This document shows positions 41,067-48,983 of a stretch of DNA of 64,000 nt, one piece after another (position 1 is the stretch's first letter; each line of letters opens with the position of its first letter). A model generated the notes under the pieces. It did no database searches. It was not told where the DNA came from and saw nothing but the letters and a program-made list of their open reading frames with translations. The position numbers and the translations under genes were made by a program. Source of the stretch: a bacterium (GTDB taxonomy: Bacteria > Krumholzibacteriota > Krumholzibacteriia > LZORAL124-64-63); the NCBI GenBank assembly GCA_031441465.1, contig JANOEP010000011.1, forward strand, positions 1 to 64,000, read 5' to 3'.

Positions 41067-42521
41067 TCATGGGAGGGCCGTATCGCCCGTCACTTCTCTT
41101 CCGTATCGGACCAGGAGTGTAACCGCGTCGAGGGTGGTCGGCAACAGCCGGGTCCGCTCGTCCCGAACCAGCCCGACGACCCAGAACGGCCCCGCCTCGT
41201 CCGCGGCGACCAGCACCCGCGCCCGCTCCGGCAGCGGCACGCGCATCTGCTGCAGCAGGTCGCCGACCTTGCGCCGGCCGGTCATCCCGAACGGCTTCAG
41301 CCGATCGCCGGGCCGCCACGGCCGGACGAGGGGCGCGCCGCGCAGGGCGGATCCCGGGCAGGTCAGCCGCCAGCCGTCCAGCGGCGGGGCCGTGCCCGCC
41401 GGCTCGGGGTCGCGCGCCGCCGCCTCGGCGGGCGTCGCCGCCCGCACCGTCAGCACCGCCGCCGGGGTCGGGCCGTCGCCGCCGGCGGCGGCGGGCGGAT
41501 CGAAGCACAGGCGGTCGAAGTCGCGCCGCGCGCGCCACCCCCCGAGCAGGTCGACCTCGGCTCCGGAGCGACTCGCGCCCAGCCAGTCCAGCAGGCGAAC
41601 GACGTGGACGCGGTCCAGATCGAGACCGCATTCCCCGCGCAGGTGCCGGCGCAGCGCCCGCGCCGCCAGTGGGCCGGGCAGGGCCGCCAGCGCCGCGACC
41701 GGCAGGGTGCCGTCGGGCCGCCCCCGCCGCAGCGCGCGCAGGGCCGCGGCGGACTGGGTCTCCAGTTCAGCGGCGTCGTCCCGCAGCAGGGCCGCCAGGC
41801 GGGCCGGCGTCGTCGCCGCGCCGGCGCCGAAGATGTCCCGCGCCAGCGGCAGCAACTCGCGCCGCACGCGGCCGCGCACGTTGCTGGCGTCGTCGTTGGT
41901 CGCGTCGCGCCGCCAGGGCTGCCCGAGGGCGGCGAGCCAGGCCTCGATCTCGGCGCGGCCGCACCCCAGCAGGGGGTGGATGAAGCGGCCGGCGCGCGGC
42001 CGGATCCCCTGCAGGCCTTCGGGACCCGTTCCGCGGAACAGGCGCATCACGACGGTCTCGGCCTGGTCGTCGCGCTGGTGGCCGGTGGCGCAGGCGGCCA
42101 GCGTCGGCCGCGTGTCCAGGACGCCGGTCAGGAACGCCCGGCGGGCCGCGCGCGCCGCCTCCTCGAGGCCGCGCCCCCGCGAGGCGGCGGCGGGCCGGGG
42201 GTCTTCCCGCTTCAGGTGCAGCGGGACGTCGAGGTCGCGGCAGAGGTCGCGGCAGAACCCGGCGTCGGCGTCGGCGTCGGCGCCGCGCAGTGCGTGGTCG
42301 AGGTGGGCGGCCTCCACGGGCGCGCCGCTCCGCTCGCGGTGCAGCACGGCCAGCCGCAGCAGCGCGGTCGAGTCCGCGCCGCCGGACAGGGCGACCAATA
42401 CTCCCGGAGTCACGCCCGGCGCGCCGGCCGCCTCGCCGTTGCGAGCGGCGGCGCGCAGCAGGCGCGCGAGCTCGGGCAGCGCGCGCGCGGGGAAGGCCGT
42501 CAGGATGCGCTCGGTTGTCAT
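41067..42521 (-). CDS. tilS: tRNA(Ile)-lysidine synthetase
   Basis: VALSGGADS, HLDHALR, GHQRDDQAET, DATN, C-terminal RPWRPGDRLKPFGM. Confidence 0.93.
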   Translation of the reverse strand: MTTERILTAFPARALPELARLLRAAARNGEAAGAPGVTPGVLVALSGGADSTALLRLAVLHRERSGAPVEAAHLDHALRGADADADAGFCRDLCRDLDVPLHLKREDPRPAAASRGRGLEEAARAARRAFLTGVLDTRPTLAACATGHQRDDQAETVVMRLFRGTGPEGLQGIRPRAGRFIHPLLGCGRAEIEAWLAALGQPWRRDATNDDASNVRGRVRRELLPLARDIFGAGAATTPARLAALLRDDAAELETQSAAALRALRRGRPDGTLPVAALAALPGPLAARALRRHLRGECGLDLDRVHVVRLLDWLGASRSGAEVDLLGGWRARRDFDRLCFDPPAAAGGDGPTPAAVLTVRAATPAEAAARDPEPAGTAPPLDGWRLTCPGSALRGAPLVRPWRPGDRLKPFGMTGRRKVGDLLQQMRVPLPERARVLVAADEAGPFWVVGLVRDERTRLLPTTLDAVTLLVRYGREVTGDTALP

Positions 42522-42559
42522 GGGGGGCCGTCGGCGAGGGCCGGGGGCGAAAAAAAGGA

Positions 42560-42636
42560 TGGTAGCGGCTCAGGGATTCGAACCCCGGACACACGGATTA
42601 TGATTCCGTTGCTCTAACCAACTGAGCTAAGCCGCC
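42560..42636 (-). tRNA. tRNA with CAT anticodon, most like elongator tRNA-Met
   Basis: GGCGGCTTAGCTCAGTTGGTTAGAGCA-ACGGA-ATCATAA-TCCGT-..GGTTCGAATCC..GCCGCTACCA; 77 nt with encoded CCA. Confidence 0.93.
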
Positions 42637-42847
42637 ACCATGACTTCTGCTTTTCGTTCTTCTGCGTCGAAGGCTCGGACTCCGTCCGAGGACCACCAAT
42701 TTATAGTCGCGCCCCGCCGGTGTCAAGACGCCGCCCCGCCGCCTGCTCGCCCCTTGACGGCGGGCCGACCCTGGGCGACCATCGGCCCCGACGCCGTCGG
42801 GAGGGTCCGGCGGCGCGACGGGAGCAGGCTGCCAGGGGAGGCCGGGC

Positions 42848-43543
42848 ATGAGCGATACCATCGGCAAGAGATTCCTGACCATCGTCACCAACCCGGTCGC
42901 GGCCATGGCCGAGGTGAAGGAGAATCCGCGCTGGGTGATCGCCGCCTTGGCGGTGGCGCTCATGATCGGGCTGTTCTCCGCCGCCACGCTGCAGATCACG
43001 GGCCCGGAACAGCTGGACGTCATGAGGGACACCAAGTTCGGCCAGATGATGCCCGAGGAGGACCTGGCCGAGATGTACGCGAAGTACGAGGCGCCGACCA
43101 CCTCCGCGCGCGTGATCCAGGGCGTCCAGAGCGGCGTCGGGGCCGCCGTGATGCTGTTCATCATGGCCCTGATCTACCTGCTGTTCTGCAGGCTCGCCGG
43201 CGGGAGGGGCACCCTGATCCAGACGGCCGCGGTGGTCTACTGGTCCTCGGTGGTCAGCCTCGGTCTGGCGTCGCTGGTCAAGTGGCCCCTGGTGCTGGCC
43301 AAGGGCTCCTCCCTGGGCGTGGCGATCGGACCGGCGGTGTTCGTGGCCGACCGGGGGCCCACGGACGCCCTGGTCCAGCTCCTGTCCATCTTCGACCTGT
43401 TCACCGTCTGGGGCGTGCTGCTGATGGTGATCGGCCTGGGCCAAGTTCATGATTTCGCACGCAACAAGGCGACCACCGTCGTCGTAACCACATGGTTGTT
43501 CCTGAGCCTGGTGCTGTTCGGCATCGGCCGGCTCTTTCTCTAG
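42848..43543 (+). CDS. Yip1-domain membrane protein
   Basis: IVTNPVAAM..NPRW, five TM helices, FDLFTVW; first gene of the exporter operon. Confidence 0.75.
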   Translation: MSDTIGKRFLTIVTNPVAAMAEVKENPRWVIAALAVALMIGLFSAATLQITGPEQLDVMRDTKFGQMMPEEDLAEMYAKYEAPTTSARVIQGVQSGVGAAVMLFIMALIYLLFCRLAGGRGTLIQTAAVVYWSSVVSLGLASLVKWPLVLAKGSSLGVAIGPAVFVADRGPTDALVQLLSIFDLFTVWGVLLMVIGLGQVHDFARNKATTVVVTTWLFLSLVLFGIGRLFL

Positions 43544-43570
43544 TCGTCCGGTGCGTGACGGGAGGCATCC

Positions 43571-44833
43571 GTGAAGAAGTGGCTCATCATCGGCGCCGCG
43601 GTCATCGTGGTCGCGCTGATTGCCGTGAACCTGCTCAGGTCGTCCCAGAAGGCGCTGAGCGTCGAGGCGGGCAAGGTCGCCCGCAAGGATCTCGTCGAGG
43701 TCGTGACCGCGTCGGGGACCCTGACGCCGAAGCGCAAGGTCGACGTCAGCGCCTCGACGATCGGCAAAGTGACGCGCCTGGCCGTCCGCGAGGGGGACCG
43801 GGTCGAGCAGGGGCAACTGCTGCTGGAGATCGACCCGACCGAGTTCCGCTCCGTGGTCGACGGCCTGCAGGCCGCCGTGCGGACCGCGCGCGCCAACCTG
43901 GACCTCGCCCGTGCCGGCCGCGACAAGGCGAAGCAGGACCTCGAACGGGCCAGCTCCCTGTTCGGCAGCGGGCTGTCGTCGCAGGAACTGATCGACGGGG
44001 CCGAGGCCAACGCCCGCATCGAAGAGGCCCGCACCGCGTCCGCCGAGGCGTCCCTGCGCCAGACGGAGGCGAACCTCGCGCGGGCCCGCTACGACCTCGA
44101 CAAGGTCACCATCACCTCGCCGATGGCCGGCGTGGTCACGCGGCTGAACGTCGAGGAGGGCGAGAACGCCATCATGGGCACCCTCAACAACCCCGGCACC
44201 GTGCTGCTGACGGTGGCCGACCTGGCCACCATGGAGGCCGAGGTCGACGTGGACGAGACCGAGGTCGTGCGCGTGAAGCTCGGCCAGCCGGTCAAGGTCG
44301 AGGTGGACGCCTTCCCCGACACGTCCTTCGCCGGCACCGTGACCGAGATCGGCAACAGCCCCATCTACACCAGCACCGGGCAGAGCCAGCAGGCGGTGGA
44401 CTTCAAGATCACCGTCACGCTCGACGACCCCATCCAGGACGTGCGCCCCGGCCTGACCGCCAAGGCCGAGATCACCGTGGCCGACACGAAGCAGGCCCTC
44501 TGCGTGCCCATCGGCGCGGTGACCGTGCGCGAGTGGCCGCCCCTGCCCAAGGTCGGCAAGGGCCGGCGACCCCGGCCCACGACCGCCGCCGCCGACTCGG
44601 TCAAGCGCGAGGAACTCGAGGGCGTCTTCGTGATCGAGGGGGGCAAGGCCGTGTTCAAGACGGTCGAGATCGGCATCACCGGCGAGGAGGACTTCGAGAT
44701 CCTGACCGGCCTCACCGAGGGCCAGCAGATCGTCACCGGCCCGTTCCGCCTCCTGCGCGACCTGCAGCACGAGGAAGCGGTGAAGGTCGAGACCAAGAAG
44801 AAGAGCGCCGGCGCCGACAAGAAGCGGGACTGA
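43571..44833 (+). CDS. Efflux periplasmic adaptor (MacA-like)
   Basis: VTASGTL, VREGDRVEQGQLL, ITSPMAGVV, VDETEV, RPGLTA. Confidence 0.9.
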   Translation: MKKWLIIGAAVIVVALIAVNLLRSSQKALSVEAGKVARKDLVEVVTASGTLTPKRKVDVSASTIGKVTRLAVREGDRVEQGQLLLEIDPTEFRSVVDGLQAAVRTARANLDLARAGRDKAKQDLERASSLFGSGLSSQELIDGAEANARIEEARTASAEASLRQTEANLARARYDLDKVTITSPMAGVVTRLNVEEGENAIMGTLNNPGTVLLTVADLATMEAEVDVDETEVVRVKLGQPVKVEVDAFPDTSFAGTVTEIGNSPIYTSTGQSQQAVDFKITVTLDDPIQDVRPGLTAKAEITVADTKQALCVPIGAVTVREWPPLPKVGKGRRPRPTTAAADSVKREELEGVFVIEGGKAVFKTVEIGITGEEDFEILTGLTEGQQIVTGPFRLLRDLQHEEAVKVETKKKSAGADKKRD

Positions 44834-44836
44834 TCC

Positions 44837-46066
44837 ATGAACCTGTGGGAAGGGGTCCGCATCGCCCTGTCCAGCCTCTGGACGCACAAGCTGCGGACCT
44901 TCCTGACCCTGCTCGGCAACATCGTCGGCACGATGAGCGTCATCGCCGTCGTGTCGCTGATCAACGGCGTCGACCTCTACGCGCGCCGCGAAGTCCTCTC
45001 CGAGGGCTCGAACGTGTTCACGGTTTCGCGCGTGAACTTCTTCGACATCCTCACCGACATGGACGCCTTCCTGGCCTCGCTGAACAACCCCGAGCTGACC
45101 CTGGAGGACCGCGACTACCTGCGCGACCACATGCAGATGGCCTCCGAGGTCGGAGCCTCGCTCGAACGCACGGCCGACCTGCGCGCCGGCGCCAAGGAGT
45201 CCCGCGGCATCGAAGTGCGCGGCAAGACCGACGACTACTCCCGGCTCGAGGACCTGCCCCTGCACAGCGGCCGCCACCTGGCCGAGCACGACGTGTTCGC
45301 CAGCGCCCAGGTGGCGGTGATCGGCTGGGAGGTGGCCCAGGACCTGTTCCCCGGCGTGACCGACCCCGTCGGGCGCGACTTCAAGCTGTCCGGGCGGCAC
45401 TTCCGCGTCATCGGCGTCGCCGACGACCGCGGCTCCATGCTCGGCAACAGCCGCAACCGTTTCGCGGTGGTGCCGATCACGGCCTGGATGAAGTCCTTCG
45501 GCGGGCGCGAGTCGATCGACATCAAGATCGCCGCCGTCGACCTGCCCCTGCTCGCCGACGCCAAGGAGGAGGCGCGCCACCTGATGCGCCTGCGCCACCA
45601 GCTGCGCCCGAAGGAGAAGGACGACTTCGGCATCGTGACCATGGACGAGCTGCTCTCGCTCTGGTCGGGCATCTCCAAGGCCATCTACGGCGCGTTGGTG
45701 CCGCTGGTGGGGATCAGCCTGGTGGTGGGCGGCATCGTGCTGATGAACATCATGCTGGTGGCGGTGACCGAGCGGACCCGCGAGGTGGGCATCCGCAAGG
45801 CCGTCGGGGCGAGGCGGACGGCGATCCTCTGGCAGTTCCTGGTGGAGTCGATCACCCTGTCGATGACCGGCGGCGTGCTGGGCATCAGCATCGGACTGGG
45901 GCTGGCCCTGCTCATCTCGGTGCTGTCGCCGCTGCCGTTCGCCTTCGCGAGCTGGTCGATCGGCGCGGGCCTCGCGGTGACCTTCGTCATCGGGCTGGTC
46001 TTCGGCACCTACCCCGCCTGGAAAGCGGCCGGCCTCGACCCGGTGGAGGCGTTGCGCCATGAGTAG
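44837..46066 (+). CDS. ABC transporter permease (MacB/FtsX family)
   Basis: HKLRTFLTLLG, MNIMLVAVTERTREVGIRKAVGA, PAWKAAGLDPVEALRHE. Confidence 0.92.
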   Translation: MNLWEGVRIALSSLWTHKLRTFLTLLGNIVGTMSVIAVVSLINGVDLYARREVLSEGSNVFTVSRVNFFDILTDMDAFLASLNNPELTLEDRDYLRDHMQMASEVGASLERTADLRAGAKESRGIEVRGKTDDYSRLEDLPLHSGRHLAEHDVFASAQVAVIGWEVAQDLFPGVTDPVGRDFKLSGRHFRVIGVADDRGSMLGNSRNRFAVVPITAWMKSFGGRESIDIKIAAVDLPLLADAKEEARHLMRLRHQLRPKEKDDFGIVTMDELLSLWSGISKAIYGALVPLVGISLVVGGIVLMNIMLVAVTERTREVGIRKAVGARRTAILWQFLVESITLSMTGGVLGISIGLGLALLISVLSPLPFAFASWSIGAGLAVTFVIGLVFGTYPAWKAAGLDPVEALRHE

Positions 46067-47297
46067 CAGCGCCATGCACGCGCGCGAAGGGGTCCACCAG
46101 GCGCTCCTGACGATCCGGGGCCACCGGTTGCGCAGCGCCCTGTTGATCCTCGGCGTGGCCATCGGCGTGGCGACGCTGCTGGCGATCTACACCATCGTCT
46201 CCGGCCTGAGCGGGCGCATCCGCAGCGACATCGTCTCCTCGGCCAAACCCTACCTCTACATCGCCCGGCACTCGGGCCTCGGCGGCGAGGACCCCGAGGA
46301 GGCCCTGCGCCGGCCACAGTTGATGCCGGAGCTGATCGCGCCCCTGGACGCGCTGCCCGGCGTGGACGGCGTGGACTACATGATCACCAGCGGGCGGGCG
46401 ACGATCCTGACCTACGGCAAGGAGCGCACCAACCTGGTGCAGATCTTCGGCGCCTCGTCGAACTTCGCCTCGCTCTACTCGTTCACCCTGGCCGAGGGGC
46501 GCTACTTCACCTTCGACGAACAGGACTCCCGCACCCGCGTCTGCGTGCTCGGCAGCGGCCCGTCCGAGGCCCTGTTCCCCGGGATCGACCCCGTCGGCAA
46601 GACCCTGCGCCTGTTCGGCACGGAGTACCGGGTCGTCGGCGCCATGGAGAGCCGCCGCCATATCTTCGGCGCGATGGGGGACAATTTCGTCGTGGTGCCG
46701 TGGACCTCCTACGAGAAGGACTTCTCGACCGGCGAGTACGACGACCGCACGCTGGCCGTCACGGTGGTCGACGGCTTCGAGACCGACGACGTCGCCGCCG
46801 ACGTCACCGGCGCCCTGCGCCGCGGGCGCGGCCTCAGGCCCGGCGAGAAGGACGACTTCGCGGTGGTCGCCTCGGAAACCTACGGCGAACTCGTCGACAA
46901 GGTGACCCAGGGCGTCGCCCTGATGCTGGTGGTGCTGTCGAGCATCGGCCTGATGGTCGGCGGCATCGGCGTGATGAACATCATGCTGATCTCGGTCACC
47001 GAGCGCACCCGGGAGATCGGCGTGCGCATGGCCATCGGCGCCCGTCGTCAGGACGTGCTGCGGCAGATCCTGGTCGAGGCCGCCACCCTGACCGCCATCG
47101 GCGGCGTCATCGGCGTCGTGCTGGGCTACCTCGCGGCCTGGGGCGGCACCAAGGTCCTGCGCTTCCCCTTCGCCCTGAGCCCCTGGATCGTGCTGATCGC
47201 GGTGCTGTTCTCCGCGGGGATCGGCATCGTCTTCGGGCTGTACCCCGCCAACCGCGCGGCGCGCATGGATCCCATCGAAGCCCTGCGCCACGAGTAA
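46059..47297 (+). CDS. ABC transporter permease (MacB/FtsX family)
   Basis: HRLRSALLILG, MNIMLISVTERTREIGVRMAIGA, PANRAARMDPIEALRHE. Confidence 0.92.
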   Translation: MSSSAMHAREGVHQALLTIRGHRLRSALLILGVAIGVATLLAIYTIVSGLSGRIRSDIVSSAKPYLYIARHSGLGGEDPEEALRRPQLMPELIAPLDALPGVDGVDYMITSGRATILTYGKERTNLVQIFGASSNFASLYSFTLAEGRYFTFDEQDSRTRVCVLGSGPSEALFPGIDPVGKTLRLFGTEYRVVGAMESRRHIFGAMGDNFVVVPWTSYEKDFSTGEYDDRTLAVTVVDGFETDDVAADVTGALRRGRGLRPGEKDDFAVVASETYGELVDKVTQGVALMLVVLSSIGLMVGGIGVMNIMLISVTERTREIGVRMAIGARRQDVLRQILVEAATLTAIGGVIGVVLGYLAAWGGTKVLRFPFALSPWIVLIAVLFSAGIGIVFGLYPANRAARMDPIEALRHE

Positions 47298-47299
47298 CA

Positions 47300-47471
47300 C
47301 ACCCCGGTGACGAACAGGACACACGGATCGTCCCGTCGCGGGGGGCGCTCGCCGGACACATCCTGTGTCCGGCTCGCTCGACTTGCGTCCCTCTGCGCCC
47401 TCCTGGCGCAGAGGGCCTCCAGACGCCCCCGCGACGGGACGATCCGTGTGTCCTGTTCGTGGACCGGGGTG
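47300..47471. repeat. Inverted-repeat element with two inner hairpins (MITE/REPIN-like)
   Basis: Arms 47300-47347 and 47424-47471 are near-perfect reverse complements; inner hairpins GCCGGACACA-TCC-TGTGTCCGGC and CCCTCTGCGCC-CTCCT-GGCGCAGAGGG. Confidence 0.85.
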
Positions 47472-47594
47472 GATTGGGGGAGAGGTGGGGACGATGCGAC
47501 CGGGCTCAGCGCACCAGGGACATCATGGTCGTCGCGACCGTGCCGGGCGAGGTAGGTGCCCGAGGGGTAGGTGCGGCAGCGCAACCGCCGCGGT

Positions 47595-47966
47595 TTATCG
47601 CCGCGCGAGGCAGGACGCGGCCAGCAACCCCCAGCCCGCCAGGAAGAACACCCCGCCGAAGGGCGTGACGATCCCCAGCTTGCGCAGGCCGGTGAGCGCG
47701 AGGGCGTAGAGGCTGCCCGAGAACAGCAGCGTGCCGGCGAGGAAGCACCAGCCGGCGGCGCGGGCGGGCGCCGGTGACGCCGCGCCGCCGCCGGCGGCCC
47801 AGGCGGCCGCGAGCAGGGCGAAGGCGTGGTACATCTGGTAGCGGGCGCCGGTCTCGAAGATCGTCAGCATCTCCGGCGTGAGCTTCGACTTCAGGCCGTG
47901 GGCGGCGAACGCGCCCAGAGCGACGGCGACCAGGCCGGACACGGCGCCGGCGAACGCGAAGTTCAT
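47595..47966 (-). CDS. DUF423 membrane protein
   Basis: LGAFAAHGLK, FETGARYQMYHA, LFSGSLY, VTPFGG. Confidence 0.9.
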   Translation of the reverse strand: MNFAFAGAVSGLVAVALGAFAAHGLKSKLTPEMLTIFETGARYQMYHAFALLAAAWAAGGGAASPAPARAAGWCFLAGTLLFSGSLYALALTGLRKLGIVTPFGGVFFLAGWGLLAASCLARR

Positions 47967-48778
47967 CAGATCTCCACCTTGAAGAGGCCCTTGACCGCCA
48001 GCCCGCCGGCGATCGAGAAGAGGCAGAAGCCCCACAGCCAGTCCGGCATGCCGAGACGGTTGCGGCCGCGCGCGGGCAGCTCGGCCCTGATCCCGGTGAT
48101 CGCGGCGCCGGCCGGCAGGGGCGATTCGGCGGGATGCAACAGGACGTGACGCCAGCCCGAGGCGACGCGGTCCGAGCCGAGGCGGCCCAGGGCGCGGTCG
48201 GGGGCGAGACGCTTTTCCCAGCGACCGGCGCCGTCGGAGACGGCGAGCGCCGCAGGTGCGTCGCGCTCGGCCCGCACACGCCACCAGACGGCCCGACCGG
48301 CCCGGTCGCGCACGGGTCCGGCCGCCACGGCCAACCCGGGTCCGGGTTCGATCACGAGGCGGTCCGGCGCTGCGTCCGGCGCGTAGCGCGCCGTGACCAG
48401 GATCTCCTCGCCGGCCCGCAGGGCGCGGTGCTGATAGCGCGCGTCGAGCTGCACGATCACCAGCAACGCCAGCGGCAGCAGCACCAGCAGCGCGGGCAGC
48501 GACACCAGCAGGTAGCGCAGGTTCGCCACCAGCAGCCGCGCCTGCAGGCGCGCCATCACGGCCAACGAGTCCTGGTACAGGCTCAGCTCGTAGAGGCCGC
48601 CGGTCAGTTCGCGGCGGCGGCGGGCCAACAGGTCCTGGTTCGTCGTGAGCTTGAACAGCCACAGCATCGCGACGCCGGCGAGCGCCGACACGACGGCGAG
48701 GCCCGCCCACGGCGCGGCGCCGAAGGGGCGCAGCAGCAGGTCGAACAGGCCGTTCAGCAGCGAGGCGAACCAGGTCAC
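47966..48778 (-). CDS. Membrane protein resembling DUF106/EMC3-TMCO1 (Oxa1 superfamily)
   Basis: Amphipathic N-helix (DLLLRPF), TM1 then FKLTTNQ, coiled-coil-like stretch, TM2, soluble insert, terminal WLWGFCLFSI..VKGLFKV. Confidence 0.55.
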   Translation of the reverse strand: MTWFASLLNGLFDLLLRPFGAAPWAGLAVVSALAGVAMLWLFKLTTNQDLLARRRRELTGGLYELSLYQDSLAVMARLQARLLVANLRYLLVSLPALLVLLPLALLVIVQLDARYQHRALRAGEEILVTARYAPDAAPDRLVIEPGPGLAVAAGPVRDRAGRAVWWRVRAERDAPAALAVSDGAGRWEKRLAPDRALGRLGSDRVASGWRHVLLHPAESPLPAGAAITGIRAELPARGRNRLGMPDWLWGFCLFSIAGGLAVKGLFKVEI

Positions 48779-48788
48779 CGCGGACTCC

Positions 48789-48983
48789 TCAGGAGATGTA
48801 GCCGAGGCCCTGCATGCGCTTGCGGATCTCGTCCTCGGAGGCGCCGCCTTCCTCGAACTTCGCGATCTCGCGCTCGAGCACGTGGCGGACGAACTCCTCG
48901 GGCGAGGCGTAGCCGGCGATCCCCGAGTACTTGCGGATCTTGGCCAGGAGAGCCTTGTCGATCTTGACGGCGGGTCCGAACAT
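48789..48983 (-). CDS. Small RHH/CopG-like protein with C-terminal 'LGY' motif
   Basis: AVKIDKALLAKIRKYS..GYASPEEFVRHVLE, then EDEIRKRMQGLGYIS; translationally coupled to the upstream gene. Confidence 0.7.
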   Translation of the reverse strand: MFGPAVKIDKALLAKIRKYSGIAGYASPEEFVRHVLEREIAKFEEGGASEDEIRKRMQGLGYIS

